Assembly (NCBI GenBank): GCA_951406725.2
Contig: OX597817.1
Coordinates: 160,394,001-160,458,000, forward strand
Reading direction: 5' to 3'
Length of the DNA: 64,000 nucleotides
Source of the DNA: Octopus vulgaris
Taxonomy: Eukaryota
In this document: positions 40,123-52,792 of the stretch, one piece after another
Position numbering within the stretch: the stretch's first letter is position 1
Layout: the number at the start of each line of letters is the position of its first letter
Notes under the pieces: model-generated
What the model was told of the DNA's origin: nothing
What the model saw: only the letters and a program-made list of their open reading frames with translations
The model's database searches: none
Translations under genes and position numbers: made by a program

Positions 40123-41134
40123 GTAATCTATAAATGCTTGACCATTGTAATTTTCAGACTGCTTTTAACCAGACTGAATCGTTTTTTATTTCACTTATAG
40201 CCGAAAGGATGTGCTCCACTAGTCAGAAAGTTTGTATGGAGCCAACATTGTCTGTATGGCGGTTCGATAAGTCGTAGATGATGATAATACTCTAACGTGC
40301 TGCGGTTGCGAAAATCTGCAGAGATTCTAAGACGATGAGAATGTGTACTCACCGTTTGTGAAATATATCTTTCTTTATATTGGGTTTTTGATGGAGCTGC
40401 CGTTCTAACCAAATGAAGTTCAAGACAAAGAAAGGGTTCTGTTACTCTTTTACCTATTTCAGTCATTTGATTGTGGCCATGCTGCAGCACTGCCAGGACT
40501 TATTCTTTGTAAGCCTGGCACTTATTCTATCGGTCGCTTTTGCCGAACCGCTAAGTTACGAGGAGGTAAATACACCAGCATCGGTTGTCAAGCGATGTTG
40601 GGGAGACAAACACAGACACACCAACACACACACACACACATACATACATATAAATATACATATATACGACGGGCTTCTTTCAGTTTCCGTCTACTAAATC
40701 CACTCACAAGGCTTTGATCGGCCCGAGGCTATAGTAGAAGACACGCAGTGGGACTGAACCCGGAATCATATGGTTGGTAAGCAAGCTACTTACCACACAG
40801 TCACTCCTACGCCTATGCTATTAGTATAAAGAATATAAGTTAGGCATTCACAGCTCTCTGCCAGCCAGGCTGCAGTCAGTAGCACATCTACTGTAGCATT
40901 TTAAAGAAGGTTAATGTAGGAAAACTTTGGGTATCGACGAAGATCAGTTAAGTAGGTCGGTACTTGTGGATAATTCCAGAAATCGCAGACTTGGGAGTAC
41001 TACCAGAGCCACTGCCAGTTTGGGATTAGTTCAACAAGCATAGAAGTGCTGTTAGTGTAGCCTGTTCAAGATACAAATGTGTTTAAGATGCAAGGAGGTT
41101 TAGAGAACGATAAAATATTTTTTTTATTTTTTTA

Positions 41135-41400
41135 TTTATGGGCCCGGTTTCCCGGTTTCTATGGCGTATGTGTTCCCCCCCAGCTGGACGGGACGCCAGT
41201 CCATCGCAGCGTTACTCAAGAAACAGGAAGAGAGAGTGAGAGAAAGTTGGGGCGAAAGAGTATAACAGGGGTTGCCACCACCCACTGCCGGAGCCTCGTG
41301 GAGCTTTAAGTGTTTTCGTTCAATAAACACTCACAACGCCCGGTCTGGGAATCGAAACCGCGATCCTCCGACCGCCAGTCCGCTGCCCTTTGCGCCTCCA
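41135..41400 (-). mobile_element. Chimeric SINE (type C head, type D tail)
   Basis: The head matches the 9925/18158 type and the tail matches the 21036 type. Confidence 0.8.
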
Positions 41401-42312
41401 AAATTATTATTAGATGATTAAAAATATATATGGTGAAACATATGTACAGAGAAATATATGAGTTTAAAACAAGGGCGGGTATTCGAGAAATATTCTGAAC
41501 AGAAATAAGTTATTTGTTGGGAGGGACAAGGATAATAGAAAAGATATCGTTTTAAAATCATTTAGAATTTTCTTTTCAAGTATAAAAAAATTGCAGGTAT
41601 GCCTGTGTGGTTAAGACGCTTGTTTTGTAACCACGTGATTTCGGATTCAATCCCACATCGTGGCATCTTGGACATGTGTCTTCTACTATAGCCTCGGTCC
41701 TATCATTGCATCGTCAGGGAATTTGGTAGTCGAAAACTGCGAGAAAGCCCGTCGTGCCATGATGTGCGATTGAAAAGCAACCTTCTTTATTTCATTAAAG
41801 GTTTTACAGAGAGGCCTTTATGACCTGTTTAATGAAATAAAGAAGGTTGCTTTCCAGCCACATGGTTCCAGGAAAGCAACCTTCTTACCACACAACTGTG
41901 CCTGCGCCTATTAAGAGAAATGTGAAATATGAAATAGTCAAAGTTGAGGGAAGCAACCAGTTTTAGTTGAACGGTAAATATATAAGAGAAAATATGAAAA
42001 TTATGAGATACGAATGATATTGAATGTTATTAAAAAGAGAACAAAGGTGAATTAAATACATTTTTGAATGCTATGGTTTTGCTGACAAGTTGAGAGAAAG
42101 AAATTTAGTCTTTTAGAATAAATACATTCCAGAAAAGCTGCAGATAGATGTAGATACAAATGATGAGATTGGAGATAAAATTTAGGTTTCAAACAAAAAT
42201 GGATTTTATCTAAACGTTACATTAAAATTAATATTGAAAAGCTGTATGCAGAAGGGTGATAGCAAACAAATTATTTTGTAAAGGGGTAACTAATGACATG
42301 TGTGTATGTATG

Positions 42313-42343
<31 letters not shown>

Positions 42344-43124
42344 TTATGTATGTATGTATGTATGTATGTATGCATGTATGTATACATATGCATGTACCAG
42401 TAAATGCATATATATTTATACGTACGCGTATATAAACATATACGTATATACGTATACACGTACATATGTATATTTGTATGCATGTATGCATGTATAAACA
42501 CATACTTATGCATGTACCAGTATATGCATATATATTCATACTTATACATACATATGTGTATATAAACATATATATGTACACGTGTATATATATATGTACA
42601 TGTGTATATAAACATATATATGTCTGTTTGTCTGTCTGTTTGTCTGTCTGTCTGTCTCTGTATAAAATGGGTAAGAAGATGCTAATGTAAGCATATAATA
42701 GATGAATACCGATTAATGCTCAGACAAGTCCAGACACATAAAATCCATCCTCCTAAACAGGGTAAAAATTCTACAGAACAGAGTTGGCTGTAAAAAATAT
42801 ATAGCTTGAGAGTGTAATAAACAGATAAAAGATAGGCAAGCACGTATATATGGCACTGTAACATTTATATCAGTTATAAATGATATTACATAAACATAGC
42901 CATAAATGTATCTGGAGAAGAAAAAATTACATTCCTAGATAGATCTTTACAGCTGTTTCAAAAATTCAGCTATTGGTTGATGTAATGATCTGTTTTTCAC
43001 AAACGGGCGTTCATATTGATGCAGTGATATACATCACACATGCTTCTGACTGACTACGATCGACCGTTTCCGAAACCCTGGCCTTGCTGATTATTATAAA
43101 CATCCAAATTTGCTCATCATAAAG

Positions 43125-43480
43125 CAGTAGTTCTCAACCATTTTTTACCTAGGGATCTCTTTGATTCCTATTTTACTCGGGTGGACCCTCAGAGCCATTC
43201 AATGTTTTAAAAAATCCTATTGTATTTTTGTTATGTCGCACGTTCGGATGCCTCTACTACTCAACTCTAATCCACTCTACTCTGTTCTCCTCCGACTGCT
43301 ACTCTCTTGACGTCTAGGCTTCTCCCTCTATATCTACGTATTGAGCTAGCCTGCTTCATCGTCCACACAACAATTTTTATAATTAAATACTATTAGGAAG
43401 ATACTGCAGAAATATAAACAATTTATTGCTCATAAATTTTAGCAACAAAATCTTATATGGATCCCGATTGAGAATCACTG
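43125..43480. mobile_element. hAT (Charlie-like) MITE
   Basis: CAGTAGTTCTCAA...TTGAGAATCACTG followed by CTCTAGAG (NTCTAGAN-type target). Confidence 0.78.
43229..43372. mobile_element. 144-bp solo LTR
   Basis: TGTT...AACA termini with a 5-bp TSD ATTTT on both sides; it interrupts the MITE. Confidence 0.75.
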
Positions 43481-43524
43481 CTCTAGAGCTAGACTAGAAC
43501 AGCAACAATGAGAACATAGCAACA

Positions 43525-43830
43525 GCATGGATCTCTGGTTTCTGTTATGCAGAAGTAGGTTTCTCAACTGTGTTCAAGGGCTGGATTACTGCAACGTATA
43601 GTGATTATCTTCTGGGTAATGATAGTAAATGGCCACCTTTGGGAACTGTTTGGTATTGTATGCTTGGTCTGTCAACGGTATCCCTTTTCTGCTCTTCTGT
43701 TCGTTTTGGGGTCGCGAGATTTTAATGCTGAAACTCGAGATGTTAAGAAACATTTTTTTCGGGCTAAAATTCAAAATAGAATGTATGCGTACGCAGACGA
43801 CTTTTTTTGTCACGGTACTGTACACATCGA
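43525..43830 (+). pseudogene. Decayed Tx1/L1-like reverse transcriptase fragment
   Basis: IVNGHLWELFGIVCLVCQRYPFSALLFVL (QGCPLSPLLF-like) followed by AYADD. Confidence 0.7.
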
Positions 43831-44444
43831 AAATCGAAATGTTCGATTCATTTTCACTAGTCTAATTCTGACTACAGTCCCTTCTCTACTTTCTTCTTTC
43901 TCGCTTTCCTTCTTTCTTTTTTCCATACTTGTCTCGCCTACTCTATTTCCCTCACCTTTACTAACATCGTCTCGCTCTCGATCTCACAACCTTTCTTCGT
44001 AACGATCTTTCCACCTCACCATCACTAACCCCACTTCTTTTCCTCTATCTCTTTATTGATAATTCTCATCTCTTGAATGTAAGCTTACTGCTTCAACGCT
44101 TCCAGCTTGAACACATTAATATTTCATGTTTACATGTCGATAAAAATTTTCTACTTCTTTGGTTTGCATTATTGCATCTGTGTGTTTGCCCCTTTATTTA
44201 ATAGATATTATTACATCAACCAATAACCGAATTTTTGAAACAGCTGTAAAGAACTATATATAGAAATATACGTTTTTTCTTCGCCAGTTATATATTAATC
44301 TCTTTAATTCTTTTATTTGTTTCAGCCCATAGGCTTTGGTCATGCTGGAGCACCGCCATGTTTAAATTTATGTAATATTTTTTATAAATGATGTAAATAA
44401 TATAATGCCACATATACATGTCTGTGCTTGTCCAATTTTTGTCT

Positions 44445-44502
<58 letters not shown>

Positions 44503-44522
44503 TATATATGTGTGTGTGTGTT

Positions 44523-44577
<55 letters not shown>

Positions 44578-45405
44578 TGTACTTGTTTCAGTCATTTGAC
44601 TGCGGCCATGCTGGAGCACCGCCTTTAGAGTGGTGAAAGAGTACAGCAGGGATCACCACCTCCTGCCGGAGCCTCGTGGAGCTTTTAGGTGTTTTTCGCT
44701 CAATAAACACACACAACGCCCGGTCTGGGAATCGAAACCGCGATCCTCCGACCGCAAGTCCGCTGCCCTAACCACTAGGCCATTGCGCACATATAGTAAA
44801 GAAATAATTATATATATATATATATACATACACATACATACATATATATAGATATACATACACATACACATAATTGTTCAATACAACCTAGTGTTAGAAA
44901 TGTGTTCATGTATGTTTGCTATGTTTTAGAAGATTTTGACGATCACTGGATCAGCTGGAAACGCAGTGACCGCAGTTGACACCCATTTCTTCTCAATCCG
45001 CTGATGTGTCCTGTTGACCGAAAGTTCTGGTTGTGCGAAACTCTGATTCGGAAACAGTACCCTTCTTCATCGCATTCAACAGAAAGCGCACACTCACACG
45101 CACGCACACATAATACATATATGCATACATAAAATGCACATTGAAGTGACAAGTCGCGTATTTGACGTGGGAGACTATTTTTACTCTTTTACTCTTTTAC
45201 TTGTTTCAGTCATTTGACTATGGACATGCTGGAGCACTGCCTTTAGCCGAGCAAATCGACCCCAGGACTTATTCTTTGTAAGCCTAGTACTTATTCTATT
45301 GGTCTCTTTTGCGGAACCGCTAAATTACGGGGACGTAAACACACTAGCATCGGTTGTCAAGCGATGTTGGGAGGACAAACACAGACACACAAACATATAC
45401 ACACA

Positions 45406-45481
<76 letters not shown>

Positions 45482-46520
45482 CGACAGGCTTCTTTCAGTT
45501 TCCGTCTACCAAATCCACTCACAAGGTTTTGGTCGGCCCGAGGCTATAGTAGAAGACACTTGCCACGCAATGGGACTGAGCCCGGAACCATGTGGTTGGT
45601 AAGCAAGCTACTTACCACACAGCCACTCCTATGGAAAATACAATGAATACTATCTCCAACTTTGGAGCCACAACTAGAAGCCTTGTTAAATAAGTGGTTA
45701 ATCTTCAGATAATTAACTGAGGGACCCTTTTTTTATTCACGATCGTTGTGATTTTCGACTGAAACTTGAATTTAGCATGCATAGAGTTACTACAAGCAAC
45801 AAGGCTGGACACAACATCAACATCACAATCGAGTAACTGAACGAAAACAATAGCTCAACAGGTGAACAATTTCTTTCTAGCTGTAGCTACATAAGAAACC
45901 GTAACGACAAAACTCTATTTAACTACTACGAAACTCTATTTAACTGCTATGAAAAAGCGAAACAAAACCCCGGATCTATTCCATTTGACGGACAGGTTAA
46001 AAAAATTTTTTTTTTTTTTAACTAAGCACTTTGAAATTTCGGATACGGATAGAATGAGTTACGCAGAATGGGGTTTACTCTTAACGTTTTTGACAAAATT
46101 TTGTATTTTAGAATTTATTTCGTATTAAAGTTGTCGTATTTGGGTAATTTCAACCAATGAATGACGTGTATTCAGCTGATGAAAATTACTGCTGCTGTTT
46201 GCGAACAACAACTTCCCGGTCCATTGACAAATCCAATTCCCATCTCTTGGGCATGAACAATATCAAAAGACATAAACTCGAAAAGAACTAGTCTACATCA
46301 TCTTACTCCTAATGGGCCAACCGGGTGCCCGGACACCAACCCAGGCATTTCCACGTCCCCGCGCACACATACATGCATACACACACATGTACACATTGTT
46401 GGATAGCCGTTGACTCCCCATGAGCCATTTCATACATACATACATACATACATGCATACATACATGCATACATGCATACATACATACATACATACATACA
46501 TACATACATACATACATACA

Positions 46521-46554
<34 letters not shown>

Positions 46555-46564
46555 CATACATACA

Positions 46565-46782
46565 TAGGAGGGGGTGCTGGAAAGTTCATGGTTTGGGGTA
46601 AAAGGAAATACAGGAAAATCAATTAATTATGATTTTATTCAATATATTCCCCTCTCTGACTCACACAACTTTTGCTGCTGTCTTTCACTTTTTACAAATC
46701 TTATAAAAGAACTGTTGAGGTTGGGCCTCTAACCAGATCTTTCGCGACATCCTTAAAGCCAACTTTTCGGCACCTCCTCGTA
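46565..46782. mobile_element. Mariner-type MITE with TA TSD
   Basis: TA-GGAGGGGGTGCTGGAAAGTT...AACTTTTCGGCACCTCCTCG-TA. Confidence 0.85.
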
Positions 46783-47044
46783 TGTACATACATACATACG
46801 TAGTACGTACATACATACATACATACATACATACATACATACATACATACATACATACATACATACATACATACATACATACGTAGGCGCAGGAGTAGCT
46901 GTGTGGTTAGCTTGCTTCCCAAATACATGGTTCCGGGTTCAACCCCACTACATAGTACCTTGGGCACGTTTTCCTATGATAGCCAGGGGCTGGCCAAAGC
47001 CTTGAGTGGATTTCGTAGATGGAAACTGAAAGAAGTCCGTCGTA

Positions 47045-47095
<51 letters not shown>

Positions 47096-47199
47096 TAGGG
47101 TCGCAAAAAAAAATTATAGAAAAGTTCTTTGGTACCAATGGTCATAGAAAAATACAGTGTACATTTAAACACATAAGAGATGACCATAATAGGGCATCT

Positions 47200-47351
47200 G
47201 ACTCACTAGAAAGAGTAGTTAAACTCCAAGCCACTAATAGTCATAGTTCTGAAAGGGAATGAAAGGGTAAATGTCTTTTTTTAATTTTTCATTCCCTTTC
47301 AGAATTATATCTATTAGTGGCTTGGAGTTTAACTACTCTTTCTAGCGAGTC
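47200..47351. repeat. 65-bp inverted repeat in an insert (47094-47352) within a SINE-internal (TA)n
   Basis: Arms at 47200-47264 and 47287-47351. Confidence 0.9.
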
Positions 47352-47598
47352 TATGTTTGTCCCCATCCATCGCTTGACAACCGATGATGGTTTGTTTATG
47401 TCGACGTAACCTAGCGGTTCAGCAAAAGGGAGACTGATAGAATATGTACTAGGCTTACAAAGAATAAGTCGTAGGGTCGATTTCTTCGACTAAAACCCTT
47501 TAAGGTGATGCTCCAGCAAAGGCTGCAGTCAAATGACTGAAAGGAAACAATACGTACATACATAAATGCACACATACATACATACATACATACATACA

Positions 47599-47630
<32 letters not shown>

Positions 47631-48327
47631 CATACGTACATACGTGCATACATACATGCATACATACATACATACATACATACATACATACATACATACA
47701 TACATACATACATACATACATACATACATACATACATACATACATACATACATACATACATACATGCATACATACATACATACATACATACGTGCATACA
47801 TACATACATACATACATACATACATACATACATACATACACACATACGTACATACACACATACGTACATACACACATATGTACATACATACATACATACA
47901 TACATACATACATACATACGTACATACAAACGCACATACATACACACATACGTGCATACATACATACATACATACATACATACATACATACATACATACA
48001 TACAAACGTACGTACATACATACATACAAATGTACGCTCATACATACATGCATACAGACAGACAGAGGTACATACATTCATAGTTGCATGCATGCATGCA
48101 TGCATACAATTGAAAATGAAACCGAGTGGAGGTGAGAGATGAAAAGAGACATTGTGCACAGTTAGTATTTGACGCTACCTATTCAAGAGTCGTGGGTGCA
48201 TGTCCACAGTAAACTGTTATGTTTCTGGTCGTTTAGACACTGAATGAGAAATTTGGATTGATGTAGAAATGAGAGAGAGAGAGAGAGAGAGAGAGATGCA
48301 CACGCACACACATACATACAGACACAC

Positions 48328-48396
<69 letters not shown>

Positions 48397-48662
48397 GAGA
48401 AAGAATATAGATGTAAATGAATTAATTAATCAATATATATTATTCATAGAGTTAATAAAGATCAGAGCCAGAGATTAATAGAGTCACATTGTCTGACCTC
48501 ATCGATGTTTGAAGTATTCACGCCATGCTTTTTGCCGTTGCATTTCCCTTTGAAGATAGATTCTGTTTATGTGTCTAACAAGATGTATCTTTCACTGTCT
48601 GTTGCCAATTTTCCAAAGCTTTGTCTCTTTCCCTCTTTAGCTTTCCCTATCTATCTATCTAC

Positions 48663-48751
<89 letters not shown>

Positions 48752-50004
48752 AATGCTTCCATGTTTGATGTTCCCTTCCACAGATTTCTATTATTTGGCC
48801 TGCTCTTCTAGAAACGATTAATTAACATGACAATACTTCACACTCACTTCTCCTAGCTATCACTGTTCTTTTATGTATATAAGCTCAAGCATGTGATGTT
48901 GCTTTTATACGTTTGCTTGTAGATCCTGTTGAAACATACACAGATTTTTCTCCCTTCAAATGAAAGACACAGCAGTTTTGTTTGCAGTATTTCGTTCATA
49001 TATCATCAATAGTTATTGTTTCTGTGGTAATTGAGCTAAAATCCTGGTTTTAGCAATCTGGAGACTTGTAAGTGTGTTTTTAATATTCCCTAATTATTTC
49101 GATCAGAGTAAAGTTGACAGCTTTCATATTTATCTGGAACGTCGTTTAATCTGATCCAAAAAGCCGAGACCATTGTGTGATATGAAACCAATTCAACCGT
49201 AAAACAGGCCCAACTGTTAATGAATGAATCAATCCATGGGAAATTGACTGAAAAGCGTTCCATTTGGATATGTGTGCATCCACGCACCCATCTCTCTCTC
49301 GTTCTCTCTGTCTCTGTCTCTCTCTCTTCACTGGGGAAAATGAGTTTGAAACTTCCTACTATTGCTCACCAGACCGAACTGTGCGTGTCCTTCTCAGATA
49401 GTGTTTGATGAATAATGTTACTTATATGTGTATATGTGTTTTCTTGTATGTGTGTGTGCGTGCATGTGCGTGTGGTTGTGAATATATCAATATCATATAT
49501 AAATTATTATATATTATGTGTATTGTATACTTGTGTGTACACGTCTGCATGATACGTGGATAACTTGATAAATATATTGTGTGCATGTGTAAATATATGA
49601 TTACAAATTTATGTACGTATACATATAAGTATACATGCAAGTATGCTTGTATATATATATATTTATATATATATATATATATATATATTTCTTTACTACC
49701 CACAAGGGGCTAAACATAGAGAGGACAAACAAGGACAGACAAAGGGATTAAGTCGATTACATCGACCCCAGTGCGTAACTGGTACTTAATTTATCGACCC
49801 TGAAAGGATGAAAGGCAAAGTCGACCTCGGCGGAATTTGAACTCGGAACGTAACGACAGACGAAATACGGCTACACATTTCGCCCGGCGTGCTAACGTTT
49901 CGCCCAGCTCGCCATATATATGTATGTATGTACGTATGTATGTATGTATGTATGTATGTATGTATGTATGTATGTATGTATGTATGTATGTATGTATGTA
50001 TGTA

Positions 50005-51272
50005 CTAGCTGACGTACCCGGTAATTCCCGGGAAAGCGGGGCTTATCCCTTGGTTCGGTCCTCATAATTGTTTCGCTAATCCAATAAAAACAATACAAAA
50101 TGTGTAGCCCTTAAAACAGTTTTTGTGCATTTACAGAGAATACCGAACTGTCTTACACAATATCTTGTTTTGAGGAATTCCCAATAAGTTATGAATACCC
50201 AAATTGTGAAACAATTACGAGAACGGAACCAAGCGATAATATGAAATTAGTTACCTGATAGTAAGAATTCAAATAAAGTAGCCCCGAAAAGGGCTTTAAT
50301 GGGATCTTTTCGGTTTGAACGGCAGTTTTTTCTAGCGGTGTCATATGAAATTGTCACCCATAATTATGACCCTAGTATCGATCTATTGCATTTCAATCTG
50401 TTTTAGGGATTAGGGCTGGGGGGAAGGGTATCTATTTTTCTTCAGAAATGTAAATAAACCCAATCTGTTTCTTAAACGAGGGACATATTCATACGGCACA
50501 GAATGTTTTCACCTCAATAGACGGTCATTGATTGGTTGAAATTGCCGAAATGCAAGAAATTAAAGACTAAATATCTTACAAACTATAGAATTTTCTCAAT
50601 AAATCCAAGAGAAAAAGATGTTTTATAAACACATTCTACCAGTATACGGAGTTTAAAATTTTTTAGTTACCTAGAAATTATGTTAAAAACTGCCGTTCAA
50701 ACCGAAAAGATCCCTTTAATGCGTTCCCAGAGTATGTAGAACATAGGAGGAAATACTAATAAGGTATACTAAAATCGTGAAGCATGTTACGTAATAACAG
50801 GCTAATCAGATATGAGATGATAGCAATTCAAAGTAAATAACTCTTTTGTGCGTTCCCAGAGGATATTACTCTCAGGGGCGCTAGTGTCGGTATATTCGTG
50901 AATAAGTCACTAACCGAAATAAGTGGATCTATTGTTTAGGAAAATACTATTTACTTGTTTAAGGGTTGTACTGGATAAATTGCGAAAATAACTCTAACAG
51001 TTCAAATACTAAGAAATAAGCATACTCAATTTCCTTTTTACCAAATAATTTAGGAAAATGAATGGGTTATTTCCCTTGGCTATATATAAGGATCTCTTCC
51101 AGGGGCCCTGTTATCGATTTTTTTTCAATAATCTGAATATGCCATGAGATTTGCAGACATGAGTTCTACTCACCTGTCAAGGTTCATCAAAATCAATAGA
51201 ACGATGTAGGAGGAGTTAGCTAACAGCTCCACAAACACATCCATGGATAGAATTACCTACATATGTAGTAGA
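50005..51272 (-). mobile_element. Non-autonomous Helitron inserted in (TATG)n
   Basis: Minus-strand 5'-TC at 51272, hairpin CCCGG..CCGGG at 50017-50032, CTAG-3' at 50005-50008, A|T target. Confidence 0.75.
50301..50714. mobile_element. MITE with perfect 30-bp TIRs and apparent 6-bp TSD
   Basis: GGGATCTTTTCGGTTTGAACGGCAGTTTTT and its reverse complement; TTTAAT on both flanks. Confidence 0.9.
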
Positions 51273-52740
51273 TGTATGTATGTATGTATGTATGTATGTA
51301 TGTATGTATGTATGTATGTATGTATGTATGCATGCATGCATGTATGTATGTATGTGTGCGTATGTCTGTGTGTATGTATATATGTTTGAATGTATTTAAC
51401 AAAAACAAACGTAGAGAAATGTCTCAGGGAGGTCAGTAGCATAACTTTGAATAAAAATGTTAGAGAAAATACCATTCAAGATAAATTCAAGATTTATTGA
51501 AACTGTCTTTACTTCGAGAGAAAATAAACAAGCACTTAAGGACAACTACAGTTGACTGTTTATGAGGAGGAGTGACAATCTCAAGCACTCAACAATTCTC
51601 CTGAATTAACATGCCATTAAGGAAAACACTGTCTTGACATTTTCTCTGGAAATCAGAAGGCAGCTATGAACATGCGTTTCTCTTTAATAAGCGTCATCAG
51701 AACAGCATTGCCCTACTTTGTCACCTGGTAGACATCTAAACAAAAAGGATAAAGAGCATCTATAATCTTGGATAATTTTGCTTAATTAAAACAAGTATGT
51801 GTAAAGGAAATAACTTAAATATTGCAAATTTATAAGTGGAGTGTCTTAGAAATTCTTCAATGTTTCGTCCTTTTTTTTTTCTTTTCATTTGAAATTTTTT
51901 CAAGTTACTTTTATAAGTATCTTATGAATATTTACGGTTCTTCTTCTCGACCTGCATATTTTGTCAAACACCACAAATGGCTCAATGTTGTTCGAAAGTG
52001 TTCTGTAGGAGACAGAAAAACCACTTGCTTCTCTTTCTCCTGTTATAGAAACAAAACAAAACAGAGAAAAAAATAATTCGAATTTATGTAATCTTTTACA
52101 CATTTTCGCTTTATTTTATTTTGTTCCTTTCTTTTTCCCCATCTTTGCATAACTTCCACCTTTTTCCTTCTTCCTTTCCATATTCTTCAACACTTCTCAC
52201 TTCTCCCTTGCCTCGCTCTCTCTCCATTTTCTCAGTTACATAATCATAAACCTTACGCCCTTTTATTGGCTTCTCAAACTCATCTCTAAATGCTCTTTTT
52301 TTCCATGTTCTGTCTAATTACTGTTATCGCTATTTAACGAACGATCTACTTCTTTATTATCTTCTTTCTTACTTTTTTTTGCTCCATATCTGTCTTCACT
52401 ATCTTTTTCTCTTTTTCTTCAACCTTTCTTTATATTTCTTTGTTCCTCAACTGTTTATTCTTCCAACTTTCTGACTGTTTTCTTCCCTCTATGACTCATA
52501 CTGTTCTTACTCTATCGCTGGGAATTCTAGTTTTGTAACTAAATACCTTATCAACCGCCAAATATTTTTTCATGATAAATTTTACATTATAAACGTTAAA
52601 ACGTTTAAATGTTAGATACTCGTTATTTATTAAACCCCATTTTAACTACAGAGTTTCTAATTCACAGTGAAAATTTAAAACGTATCGAAAAGTATCGAAT
52701 GTTGGTCGATACTCGGACTAATGACTAGCCAAAATCTGAC

Positions 52741-52790
<50 letters not shown>

Positions 52791-52792
<2 letters not shown>

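Noticed and set aside
45034-45074. Minus-strand UGCG-AUGAAGA-AGG..CC-GAAU..CGCA
   Set aside because: Two core mismatches (A3-G8, GAAU) and only a 2-bp stem II.
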